This document shows, one piece after another, positions 1 through 12,655 of a DNA stretch of 64,000 nucleotides (the first letter of the stretch is position 1; each line of letters starts with the position of its first letter). The translations under genes were made by a program, and so were the position numbers. This DNA comes from Bilabrum cf. latius (lineage: Eukaryota): positions 496,001 to 560,000 of the forward strand of contig OZ237771.1 of NCBI GenBank assembly GCA_965178125.1, given 5' to 3'. A model generated the notes under the pieces. The model made no database searches, was not told where the DNA came from, and was given only the letters and a program-made list of their open reading frames with translations.

Positions 1-1027
1 GATCCACGGCGTGCAGGGGGTCCAATCCACCGGCGGATCCGTTTTGCATGGCCTTGCAGAGGTAAGGCACGATGAAGCCGCGGCTGGACTGCACTGCCTG
101 GAATCCTAGAGTGATGTCGACTGCTGCTCTCCATGCGCTTGCCGCGTCTTTCTGGGACATGCTCTCACTCGTCACACCGTCACCTTGCGGACAGAGCCGC
201 AGTGCGTCCAGCAGCTTGAGCCAGTCGGCTGGGTCCGACGATGTGACGAGTGCAGAGGCTTGCCGTAGGCCTGGCAGCAGCACGTCCTCTGCGATGCCGG
301 GGCAGCCCCCCGCGGCAGTGTCCCCCATGGCCCCCTGCAGACCCTGGTGGTACCTGGGGAACAACGCGTCCAGCTGCACAGGAGCAGATGAAGCGATGAC
401 TCCGGCTAGACGGCTAGGGACCGGCGCGGGGAGGCCGGGGAGGAGGCGGCTGTCTGCGTCCAGCGCGGCTAGGCTTGCGACAATGCCGCTGTAAGAGCAT
501 CCAAGCCCCACCCATCGAGATTAGGGGGTGATCCCGTGGAGCACTGGCGATGCACTGCCGGCATTGGCTGCGTCGCTCGCCCAATCGATAAAGCGAGCAA
601 CGTCGAGCGAGGCTTGGGCAGGATCCAACGTCGCATTCATGGAATCAATAGTCAGGCTTCCTGAAGCCCCGTACGGCCTGGACTTCCCAAAGAATCTGTG
701 CTCCAGCAGGATCATGGCTGCGCCAGCAGATTTTGCGGTGCGCGCGGCCTGTCCGATCAGTATTCCCCACCACTCTTCGGCCTCGTTCTCGCCCCCAACA
801 AGCAGCACAACCGGTACAGGAGTCCCTGCTAAGTGCTTTGATGGAGCCACGAAGCTAGAGTTTACAAAAAAACGCTGTGACCACATGTTGTTTGCGGACG
901 CTGATTCTCGATGATCAATAAGCTGGCCATGGAAATATCGCTCCTCGTAGGGCAAGGCAGCCCGTGTGAGCTGCACTGAGATACACATCAATGATACACA
1001 TCCAAGCGGAAAGAAAAATTTCTACAT
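1..1027 (-). CDS. Serine carboxypeptidase S28 family peptidase, secreted; 3' end runs off the window
   Basis: ATG at 1027, then TAG as codon 2, giving a signal-like MQKFFFPLGCVSLMCISVQLTRA. S28 motifs: WSQRFFVN, LLVGGE, LEHRFFGKSRP, nucleophile elbow WVGLGCSYSG and GVIASSAPV. One in-frame TAA at 521-523; the frame stays open and S28-like after it. Confidence 0.85.
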
Positions 1028-1195
1028 TGCCGAGATAGTCTAATGAAGGTCCCAAACTCAAAGTCTGCAGCCAAGACTCGGCCAGCATTTCCGGATCCTT
1101 TCGAGTTGGTCTTGCACGGCAGCGGGTCATGCATCAATATTAGCCTTGCAACAGACCCCACTGCGCCAATACTAAGAATAGCAGCGCCAAAACCT

Positions 1196-4100
1196 TCACC
1201 CTTGTTCCCCAATGGTAGGCAGCTGCAGCGTGGCCCGTGTGGGCGGCCCCAGCAGAGCCACCTTGCGGCCAAATGTGCCGGCCTTCGCCCCGATCTTGCC
1301 CGAGCCCCCCTGGCCCCCCCACCTCGATTCGCCCTATTCCCCCGCGTCCTTTCCCTCCCCACCGTGACTGCTCCCATTCTTGCTCCCCCGTCGCGCCGCA
1401 GTGCCGTGCACAAAGGCCTGCACATACCCCTTCATCGCCTCACGCGCCACCGCCGCCACACCCCTCCCCCTGCCCCTCCCCCTGCCAGACCTCGACGCCC
1501 CCCCACTACCCCCCTTCTTCCTCTGGGCCCGCCGGCCCGCCGCAGCCAGCTGCCTCGCCCTCCTGCTCAGCGCCTCCCCCTCGCTCAATCCACCGGTGGA
1601 CAGGTCCCGCCCGGGCATCACCCCCGTGCGCCGCGCCTCCCGTCTCAGCCGCAGCATGGCATCGCTCGCCTCAGAGGGGGGGGGAGGACCCCCCCAAGGG
1701 CGGGAGAATGACACCGGGACTAGCAAGTTTGGGCCAGACGCACTCGTCACACTTGATGATCCCCTGGTACCCGCATGTGCGCTGTTTCGATCCTTGGCCC
1801 CCTTGCCTTTGATCCGATCCCTGGCTGCCTTCTTCTTGGCGCGGGTCATCATCGACACTTGGCGGTTGGCCGCCCATCGAGCGGCGGGCCCCGGGACCGT
1901 GTGACGAGTGCGCTGACCCTCACTAAGTTTCCCCCCTGTCCCCGCCTCTTCTTGCGACTACTTCGACGATGACGATGACGACGCTGGCCTGCTCCTTCCA
2001 CTCGCGCTGTTTCTGCTTCTGACCTCTAGCCGAGGCCTGCCCTTCCCAGCGAGCACGGCCCGCACTCGCGCAGCAGCATGCGATGCACCCACGGGTCCCG
2101 CCTCCCTCACCCCCTGCAGCGCGGCCTGCAGCGGCCCCTCTTGTTCCCTGACGGCGAAGGCGCTGACCTCCTTCTCCACGAAGGGGCTCGGGAGGGCGGC
2201 TTGGGGGGCTATGTGCGCCACCATGCGATGCACCCGGTCCCTGCCATGGGCCGAGATGGCTCGGTCACTGGCAGACAGCAGAGCGGAAGGGGCCCCTTTT
2301 CCTGGACCAGGGTCATCATCATTCGGGTCATCACCAAGGCCTTCGGCGTGCATCTCGCTTGTACCTGCCCTGACGCCTGCGTGCACTTTCCTATCTTCAT
2401 CTTCACCATTTGGGCCCACACGATCCACACAGTCACCTCTTTCACCCACGGCTGCATCAATGCCATCTCCATCACCAGCCGAACCCCCGGGGGATCTGCC
2501 CTTCTCTCCAGCCCCTCCACCCGACTCCCTACCCCTATGCACCTGCAGCCCCCCCGCCAAGATACCCCCGAGCACCACGCCCCTCTCGAACGATGCAGCG
2601 TCCCCTCCCCTGGGAGACCCACCCCTCCATGCCTCACCGCGACTCCGATCGAATGAGGGACCCCCAGGGGCAGCCACACGCGCCCCCTCCCCTCCAACCT
2701 CTTGCTCCTGCCCTTGCTCGCTGCCCTATGCATCCATCCCCCCCCTCCGGATCGACCCACGACTGCCCGCCCTCATGCGTGTTCCCTGGCCCACTTGTGT
2801 GCTCTGGGCGCTTTCAAATCCCCGGTACCTCTGCTGTGCCGATCGGAGCTGCAGCCGCAGCAGTGCAGCGCGATGCCTCACACCAGCACCGGTTACCCCA
2901 TCATGCGAATCAGCTGATCCAATCTCCTTCCCCCCCTCCCCCCCATGCACCCCGGGGCCCCCACTTCCCCCGTGGATTCTCCTCGCACCCGCCACGAGTG
3001 CCCTCGCCCCTGTGCTCCGTGGAGTACCCACAGCCAGCTGAGCCCCCGCCCCCAGCCCCCGCGCCATCGCAGTGGTCCCCGCCGACTGGGGCCTGGGCAC
3101 AGGGGGCTCCCACGCGCTCTCTGTCCCCCTTGTTCCCTGCCCCACCAAGGTGAAGGAAGCAGCAGAGGCACCCTTGCCGCCCCGGCCGGCCGCACCGGCG
3201 CGTGTCATACCACTGTTCCCTGCACCCAGACCCGGGCAAAGTGCAGGGCTGGCACTGCGGCTCCTGGAGGAAGATGAGCGGCCGATGCGCGCCCCTCTCC
3301 CGCGGTCGGGGGTCCGGCTCCTACTTCGGCTTCTGCTCCTGGACTTCGACGTGCGCTTGTGCTTATGCCTGTGCCTGTCGTCGCCATCCGCCCGAGTGAA
3401 GCCCAGCTGTCGGTTTCGCTGTGGCAACTGCCCCGGGGATATCGTCACCCACGAGCTGTCTACTGCACCTCCATGCCGTGCAACTGCACCTCCATGCCGT
3501 GCAACTGCACCTCCATGCCGTGCAACTGGCCCTTCAACAGATCCAGCACCAGATGCAGATCCAGCACCAGATGCAGATCCAGCACCAGATGCAGATGCAG
3601 CAACCCGCCCATCAAAGACCTGCCCACTCCCTTTAGTCCCCCTCCCCCCAGTTCCTGACCTCTCCGCCCTTCCTTTAGACCCCCTCCCCCCAGTTCCTGA
3701 CCTCTCCGCCCTCCCCTTCGCCGCCGCTGCCCCAGCAGTCCTGAGCCAAGCCGACAGCCGACCAGCCTCCGCCGAGCAGCGGCCCAGCAGCGGCGCGGGG
3801 CACGACCACAGCCGGTGCGGATCGATGACGTCACTGATGACGTCATCCACCTGGGCCCACAGAGGGTGGCCGAGCGCCGGTGGCGGAGGCGCACCCACGC
3901 ACTCGTCACACCCATCACCCCCGCTCCTGTCCCCTGACCCTCCCCCTCCCCAGCACAGCCGAACAGCCAGATCACGCACGCCCACATCCCCGAACCGGGC
4001 CCCCGCCGCGCCGCGCACCAGCTCGTAGCCTAAAGTGAACGGATACCTCCATCGGAGCACTGCCAGCGCCACCGCCTTGGTACACCATGTGACGAGTGCC

Positions 4101-6355
4101 CGCCTCAGCTGGGCGTGCCTCGCCTCCTTCCCAGGTGCAGCGCCGGGCGCCCCCCACGCCAGCCCGAGCGCCTGCCACTGGGCCGCCGCTTCGGACCGGA
4201 GCTGCGCCGCGGATCCGGAGCCGGAACTACCCCCTCGTCCCGCCCACTGCAGTGGGATGCACCTCTCCCTGCAGAGGTGCACCAGCAGCCCCGTCAGCCG
4301 CAGCACCTCCGGGGTCCTCAGCAGACGCTTGGCAAGCACACCTTGCGGGGGCGGCGACGGACGGGCGGAGGAAGATCCAGATCCAGGTGCGCCATGACCA
4401 GGGTGGACAAACCGGGAACCGGCAGCCAGCGTGGATCCGCCTCCTAGCCACGACGGCAGCGATGCCGCGAATGCCTCGGTGGCGCCGCGCACGATGGAGG
4501 GCGCCGCGACGAGGTTCCGCTGCGGAGAGAGGCACGCCTCGGCCCATGCGAGTCGCCACGCCCGGGCCATGCACCGCGCCGCAGTGGCTGGCAAGCCCGC
4601 GCCCCGGGCAGTTCCCGTCAGCCGGCGAGCCTCCTCCGCCGCTTTGGACACCCTCTGGATCCAGCGGCCCCGCTCCCCGTCCCAACCCTCTCCGTGCACG
4701 GGCAGACCCGCGGCCCGCCTGGCCCGCGCCACTTTGGCCAGGTCAGCGGCGTGCTCGAACGGCTCCAGTGCCGCTCGAAGGCTGCCCCCGGGTGGCAGCG
4801 GACGGGACGGGGCTGGACCCCCGGATGGGTGCATGGGGGCCATACCCCCCCCCACCATTGACCCCGCCCCAGCCCCCGCCTCACTGCCCCCCCCTACAAC
4901 CGACCCTGTCATGCTCCCATCATAGCCCCCTTCCCCACCAGCCCCCTGGGTCTCGCCCCCGAAGCCGGCCATCGCACTGCTGTCATGGCCCGCCAGCTCC
5001 CGGCGCAGAGCAACGCGGCTATCTGCACCACCGTGCGATGCACGCTTAACCCCCGTCCTCTCTCTCGCCTCCTCTGCCGCCCGCTGCGCCGCCTCGTCGT
5101 CGTCGCGCCTCCTCTGCGCCTCCAAAAGTGCACGCTACCTAGCAGCCCACCCCGTCCCCACGGCCTCGCCCGCCGCCTCTAGACCCAGGCACTCGAACAG
5201 GACAGGATCGTCTGCCATCGACGATGCTACATCGCCGCCGTGCACTGCACCCTTCTATTCTCCACCGCTGGCCCCACCCGCCTCTGCGCCGGCAACACCA
5301 CCGTGCAGTGCACCCTTCTGACCGTGCGCCCTCCTCCTCGCCGCGGCGAACCGGAGCCGGGCCACAGTGCCGAACGGGTGGCAGAACCAGTCCCGCAGCT
5401 GGCCCAGGGAGCAGCGCAGGGAGTGCATCATCTCGAGCGGGCGCCCCAGCGCGGGCCCCGCCTCTGCCCCCGCCCTCTCCCCCTGCCCCCCCTCCGGCCC
5501 TCCCCGCGCGTGTCCCCTCAGCACAAGCGCACTGGCCGCCTCCTCCTCCTCCTCCTCGCCCTGCAGCCGGGCCCGCAGCACCCTCTCCGATTCGGAATCA
5601 GAAACCACGCCCCCGCCCCTCCTCGAACTCCTCTCAGACGCACCCCCCATGCCCATGCCCATGCCCATGTCCATGCCACTCCCTTCCCCCAGCCGCTGCC
5701 GCACCGCCACGAGCAGTGCAGGCTCCCGCACACGCATGGCGGAAGCGAAGCGCCGCTCGTTAGCAGAAACAGGGGGTGGGATAGAAACAGTTGCCTGGGT
5801 GGAGACGGGGCGGCGGCAGCGGTCCGTGCTGCCGGGTCTGCCATTTCCAGTCCCTGCTGTTGCGGGGGGCAGGGACCAACGGGGGGCTGCACTCCCGTGC
5901 GATGCACTTTGATGGCTATCGGTCTCACGCTGCGCCTCTAGCACCTCCCGGCGAGCGCGCGGGATGCGAGGGGCCATTGAGATTCCGATCGTGCGCGCTG
6001 CACTGCCGCGGGCTCTGGGCGTGTTAGCAGGACTGTCCTGATTCGAGGATGTGGGACGGAGCCGACCTTGCGACTGAGACAAAAGCTTCTCTCGGGCTTC
6101 TTCAGTTTGCAGCTCGGCCTACGGCTCTCCCACGGAGGCCTTTCCGGGGACGCTCCACTCTGGCGTGCCGAACGGCGAGTCGGGCGGGTGTGCGATTGAG
6201 CGGCCCTGCGCAGCCCATGCCGAGGCAACTGCCCTATGCAGCTGGGATGCAGGCATTCCCTTGAGGTCTAAACTCTCGTGAGCCTGCAGGATTGCGGGTG
6301 CAAGCTGCTTATCAGCATGGCGTCGATTCGATCGCTTCAACGGTGAAGCCTGCAT
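1196..6355 (-). CDS. Large hypothetical low-complexity protein (~1,700 aa with TAG=Gln)
   Basis: Track ORFs 6119-6364, 5255-6082, 2726-5125, 1958-2677 and 1334-1858 share one frame and are separated only by TAG codons. The first TGA is at 1196-1198. The ATG at 6355 is tentative. No family recognised. Confidence 0.7.
3464..3712. repeat. Cluster of short in-frame tandem repeats (21 bp x3, 18 bp x3, 39 bp x2)
   Basis: On the minus strand they encode (HGGAVAR)3, (SGAGSA)3 and (GRAERSGTGGRG[S/T]K)2. Confidence 0.85.
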
Positions 6356-7513
6356 GCGCCTCAAGAATAACTCAATAGGGTGCTGGAACTTCGGGCCACA
6401 ACAAAAGGATACTAAAATTCAGTTCAACTCATTTTCTTAATTTGGGCTACAGCTACCACGCCTATGCCGCCGACCCAATCGCTAATTTGCACCTCCATGC
6501 AGTGCATATCGAGTTGCATTGCATTGTACTGCTCTAGCGCAGGTAACGCGGGATCTACGGAGCTGCGTTTGCGATATCTGGAGCCCCACCCGTGAGCCCT
6601 GTGTACCATGAGTCATGGCGTCTATTGGCAGGGCCAGGTGCTTGGTCCAACAGCCGGAAGGGGGAGGACTCGCGAGGGACTCTCCAATGCGGACATCAGC
6701 GAGATACACATGCCGGGCAGGGCGAATCGGTGGCTGATGCGCAAGGTAGATCAGGTTGGAAGCTTCTCGGAAATGCTCGACCAGCTGCCTCGGTCTCCTC
6801 TGCCCCTGCCGAACCCTTGGATCACTGCGGCTGCGGGCACCAGCCCCGGCGATCCGCTGACAAATGTGGAGGAAGGTCATGTGCAGGTGAAGGAAGGTCA
6901 TGTTCAGGTGGAGGAACGAGCACAAGCCTCTCGAGTCCGCAATGAAGGCCTCGTCGTACACTGCCAGTGGCAGGGATGGGAGCTCCTCAATCATGACGAA
7001 AAGCGCCCAATCGCTCTCAGACGCTCTTGCGATCCATAACGACATGCCAGCTACACCGTTCTCTGGCTACACTTGGGTCCGCAGCTCAGGTTTGACTCCT
7101 CCTAAGTGGCTGCAACGGATAAGGGGATGCAAGCTTCGCTATTTTGACCAGTTTCTATTCATTATGATAAAAATAGACAATGCACAGTGTCGTATCTTCC
7201 TTAAATACTTGTAGACGCATCGCTGCCAGTGGGCTACTAGCGCTACAGTGCACTGCAGTTGTACTTCATGGTGATCCGGGTTGCTCCAGACTGGACAAAC
7301 CACCTCCACACAAATAAACGTTCGGGTAGCACCATGGCAGCAGCAGGAGGGGCAGATTAGAAAGCATTGTGAGATATCACTGCAGAGAGCACGCTCTATG
7401 AGTAGTACATCAGAGATAGACTCATCATGAGGGCTTTTGGAAGCGCCGCGCCGAGGTTGTCCAGTCATGCGATCCAGCCGTGCGCCGTTCCAATATCAAC
7501 GGATCAGAACTAC

Positions 7514-10500
7514 ATGCAAGCGCGCATGTTGACCTGTAGTTTGTTTTAAACATACCGCTTCCGCAGGAATGAAAGACTCTATGGAGAGATCTAGGCAGCC
7601 AACGTAGATGCAGTCAACCTTATCCTACAGTAGATGACCGAGGCGCCAACAGGCCGCAGCAAGGTGAGATCAGCCCAAGCCATTCTCATGCATTGCAAGG
7701 CAATTGCCAACTGTAGGCGTCTTCAAGTTACTTTGGCATTTCTCTCTTTTGCAGCAAGCCAAGTCCCATATGACACACGCCGTGGAGCTGTGGCCATCCA
7801 AGCCGGAGCAGGCCAAGCAGTGCCTCGAAGCGCTCATCAAGAAGGGTGCCAGCTTAGACATAAACGATGCAAGCGTGAGGAGAATTGGGTCAGTTTTGCT
7901 TGTTCCTTGCTCCTCAAATCGAACAAGCGGCAACCGAGTGACAGAATACCCGGGTGGATAACCCCGACTTCGGCGCAAGCACTAGCGCAGATGACTGAGC
8001 TGCAGACTTGCCGTCCAGGTAAAAACACTTTGTATTTTGGTTTTCGCAGACCGACACAGAGTACACACCTTTCTACAAAGCGCTGGAGCTGCACGCCAAC
8101 GAGCTTGCAGAACGCATCATCGGACACCCGGAATTTGACCGAAACGAGAAGTGTCACAAGGTGAGGAGCATTAACACGCTTAGCTTGGGGTAATATCCAC
8201 ACTGTACTACTTTCCGATGTCGTTTATCACTATAAAGCCTGCAGGAAGGCGGCGGTCCATTCTACTGGGCCACGCACTTTTGCGAACCCGACAAGCCCAA
8301 AGCCGATATTTTGCGGCTTCTATGCCGAGGCTTGCAGCCAGGAAATGATGCTCCCATCAATAAACAGGCTGGGGACAGTCTAAAGAAGAACTCGGCGCTT
8401 ATGCTTGCCGCGCAAAAGAATCGCCTGGACCTCTTCACCATCCTACTCCAGTACGGGGCCAATGTGGACCTAAAGAACAGCGTAAGTCGGAGTCAACATC
8501 ATGAAACTGTAATTATGAGGGCATGACTGGATGCTAGTATTCTTGTTTCGGCACACCCTTAACCACATCCTCTGGATGCTCAGGACGGCAAAACAGCGAA
8601 GGACTTGGCACCAGAAGAGTCGAAAGTAGGGATTGAGGCGATCCTAAAGATGACGGATGTTTTAACCCGCACTATCGATGTGCATCGAACTGAGAGCTCA
8701 GGGCATGAATCGGAGATCAAAGGCGTTCAAGCGCAGCTAACCGGCATGGAGCGATAGCTGGGGATCAAAACTGCCGCATTGCAGCGTCAAGATGGCAAAG
8801 TCAGGGCCCTGGTAAACAGGGAGTAGTAGCATGAGGTTTGCTTGCGGGCCCTTAAGGCCGAGAAAGACAGTGTGAGCAAGCTCAAGCTCCTCTAGGCACC
8901 CCTCGCCATTGCGCGATCGCGGGACGAGCAAATCAAGCGTGCGACGGAGGTCGCGTGCAAGCACCAGGACCAGATTGAATCAGTAGGTTCGACCCTATGT
9001 GCAGTGGCACCAACAGAGGCAGCAGCGAGCACTGCACACGCCTGGCCTGGGCTGCCCCCGGGGGCCCCCTCAACTGCCTGGCTGGTGTCAACTGCGGAAG
9101 GCAAGGCGCTCTTGAGGACTATCGGTGTGACGGAGGAGCAAATCGCCCGCGACGCCGCAACCACGCTCAAGTGCCTGCGGAAGGTACACCACTGTGCAGT
9201 GATGTCCAGGGCTTTGGCTCCATGGGGGCACGGCGGGCAGAGCGCTCGAGGAGAGGACTGGACCCGCGAGCACCCTACCATCGTCAAGAGCACGAGCACA
9301 GACGACATGCCAGACAAGGCAGGCAGTGCGGGGCAGCAGGACGCGGCGGGTCTCAACAAGAAATTGGCCCGGCTACTCGCGCCGGGTGGAGGCACGCTTG
9401 AGGTGCTGGATGGCGGCGGAGTGCTGGATGAGAGCGGTGGGCTGCGAGCGTGCGAGCCTGGTCAAACAAGTGACGCGGCATCTTCCATTCGTCCTCTGCC
9501 GGGCGGGTCGTTTGACACCCGCTTCTTTGCACTAGAGGCCAGTGCGTCTGTAAATACTGATGCACCGCACGGTGGCGAGCCTGGCTTTGCTCCAGGCGCC
9601 CAGCTCGTGCTCACGGGTCGTCTCCCGGTAGGCCCGAGCATGGAGCCCGATCGAGACCTGGCTGTAAGGCAGGCCAACAGTGTTATGCTTCAGACGCTGG
9701 CGGGAGACCTCTTTGACTCCAAGGGGCGAGTGGTGCACGAGGGAAGCCCGTTCGTGGCGCGAGTGCTGCACTTCTGGCTGGGCTCGCCCTCGCTCATGGC
9801 CCGATGCATGGAGATTCAGAACCAGCTCGGATGTGCGCAGAAGTCCAAAGCCCTGTGGACCGTGGAGGAGCGCTGCCCTGCAAGCCTGCAGGAGGTATTT
9901 GACTAGTGCTGGGCGAAAGGGGGCAAGATCAGCGGGGCCCAAGCAGCTTTGTGGATGCAGATGGCGTTGCAAGGTGTGTTGGATCTGCTTCGACGAGGAA
10001 TCGTGCACATGGACATCACCGCAGAGAACATCGGCATGACAGAGGACGGGCGCGTTATCCTCAGGAACTTCCAGCGAGCCAAGTGCCTATACCAGAATGG
10101 CACCATCGGACGGGCTCTTCGCGCTGCCGAAAAGATCATGGGCATGCAAGTCGGAGTAGCAGGTGAGGCGCCCGGTCACTCACGGGATTCTGCCGTACCA
10201 GGGGAGGACCCCGCGGCTGATGGTCAGGCTGGCAATGGCGACACCGCGGCTACTGGTGGCGCCAATGACGAAGACGATGACCCTGCGGGTGCTGGCGCCG
10301 CAAACGAGCAACATGCAGAGGACACTCCAGCCCCTTCTTCACCTCAGCGATCGCCTGCCTAGCCCGCTTCACGGCACGAAGACTTTGGCAGGTGCATCCG
10401 CGTCGTAGATGAAATGCAGGCTTCGGTACCGCCAGCAAAAGGTACACAGGCCTACGGTTCTCTGTATGTTGGGAGCGGGAACACTGCTGAGCCTATTGCG

Positions 10501-12237
10501 TACGCCCCAGCCACGGTGAGGGTCGAGTCCCGAAGAGGCAACCCAGCGCAGCTGTCACCCGAGGCACGCAGGCTGCTGACCTCAAGTGAAGATGTGATGG
10601 ATGGTGCCGGTCGGCGCATCACCACGCTTCCCCAGGCCCTGGGTTCTGGCGATGTGTGGGCCGTAGCCGTCATTTTCTACACAATGTTCGCCAAGCAGGC
10701 CGAGCTGAGGGACAAGAACGTGCAGCTACCGCGCCTGACCAGTGCCCCCGGATCCAGCCCATTCTACGACGATGCCGAGATTCAAGACCTACCCCCTGAA
10801 GCTGGATGCCCACAGGCACTTGAGACAATCATTCGAGGCTGTCTCCAGTCCAGTCCTCAGTCCCGCATGCCCCTGGAGCACGCCATCCAGGCCCTTGAGG
10901 CACTCAGGATGGGGCCGCAGAGCGAGGACGAGCTGAGGTAGCTGGCGGGCGAGTATGCCCGATGCAGCCAAGTGCAACAAGGAGGGAGCAAAACAGCAGC
11001 AGGTGCATTACCAGGCAACGACAGGCTAGTATAGTGGGTTTGGGTCCAGCAGCAGGCTCTCTTTGAGACCGCTCTGCAGAGGCCTGTGCTTCCAATGACC
11101 GCTCTGCTTGGAGATGACCTCGCGCGAGAGATTCTCGACAACCGGGCGGAGCTAGACCAGGAGCACGGCGAGTCTCAGGGAATTCTCGTGTAGGTCATGG
11201 GAGAGGAAGATGTGGAGGCTGCGGGTGCCGATAGCTCTGCAGATGCGGACCCGGGATAGACCGGAGAGGAAGCAGAGGCTGCTCCTACCAACGGACCGGC
11301 CAGCGGGGCGGGCAGCAGTGATCCCGTGCAGAACTAGGAACCGGTTCCTGCGACGCCGCCTACTCCACCCAATAGCAGTTCTACCGCTGCCCCGATCGGT
11401 GTAGATGTCACGCTACAGATGCCTCGCCAGCTGCACGGTCACGCCCTCATCGAGGAATTTGTGGTGGGTGCGCAGCCGGGCCGTTGCGGCTCATCGGACC
11501 AGCAATCGGAGGAGAGCGAGCTGGTGCCTGCCTCAGGGGATCTCAGCTTCGGACTGGTAGGAGCCCACAAGTTCCCCGAGGGACTGGACCGTGCTGTCGG
11601 GAGCGGTGTGCTGCAATATCGCAAGGACCCCATGGAGATGCCTCGAGCCGTGATCCGGGCCGGGCCGACGGCCGCGCTGTGCCCCCCCCGGACGGGGACG
11701 AGATGCGGATTTGGCTGGGGCACAGGGCTGCACCCGTGCGACTCTCACCCCTTGGCCTGCGGGATGGTGTCTATGCATGACGCGGTGGACAGGTAGCGCG
11801 TGCTAGGGGCAGACGACGCGGTGGATCGGATCGGAAGGGGGATGGTGTCGCTGGTGAAGGCCATGGACGTCTTCGGCAGGGGTCGTGTGTCCAGTGGTGG
11901 CAAGGTGGCTGGTTGGGGGCACTAGGACCGTGACATGCGGTGGATGCCATCTATGGGTACTGTAGGTGCAGCCCAGGGTGGTGCCAGCGGGGCAAGCAGT
12001 GTCCCATCGGGTCCTCCTGCACAGGGTCCTACAACGTCGTTAGTGGCGCGGGAGACATACCATGTGGACGGTCGCGGTCTGCCAATGGGGTGGCAGGGCT
12101 GGACCGTGCTGGTGAATGGAGTTCCAGGAGGCTATAGCTATAAAGATGGCAGCTCGGGTAAAATGTGTCGCGAAATCCCTGACTGTGCGTGGGGAAAGGG
12201 AGATCCTGATGTTGGCCAGCTGTAGGAGGCTTTGTAA
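7514..12237 (+). CDS. Ankyrin-repeat / coiled-coil / degenerate protein kinase-like (PINK1-like C-lobe) protein, multi-exon
   Basis: Several short 5' exons with GT-AG introns encode ankyrin-like segments (LIKKGASLDIND; SALMLAAQKNRLDLFTILLQYGANVDLKNS|DGKTAKDLA). The last exon, 8584-12237, is one frame with 14 in-frame TAGs and ends in TAA. Kinase-like motifs: GIVHMDITAENI, GNPAQLSPE, DVWAVAVIFY, PFY, CLQSSPQSR. First exon and start are uncertain. Confidence 0.75.
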
Positions 12238-12655
12238 CGACCCCCGTGCGACGATTGAGTCTGGGCTCGAGCTTGCGGTTCTCGAGAGCGGTCAGTGACA
12301 GACCTTACCGGGTTATTGCATAACCAACTTGCGTGAGGTAATTATTTCATAAATACATAAAAAATAAATGAAAATCTAATAAGATCTAGCTCTTTGCCCC
12401 CCGCTACAGTGCGCTGCAGTTCCACGCAGCTTTTCTTGTGCACGTAATGTCCAAGCACCTAGCCAAGTTGTGAAATGAGCCCTACTTGGGCGAGATCAAC
12501 GTATCTCTCTTAACTATAACTGGCACTACTGCGCCACACAAATACAAGACGAAAGCCTAGCCTCAGGGATAGAGCATTGAATCTTGTCAAGCCAGTTCTG
12601 CACGCAATCCAACACACACGCTCTGTCACACACCTCTGTCCGCCCCTTGTTCCCC

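Noticed and set aside
6424-7468. ORFs 6608-7039 (+) and 6482-7468 (-)
   Set aside because: No recognisable motifs, and I could not decide the strand. A small gene may exist but is unsupported.
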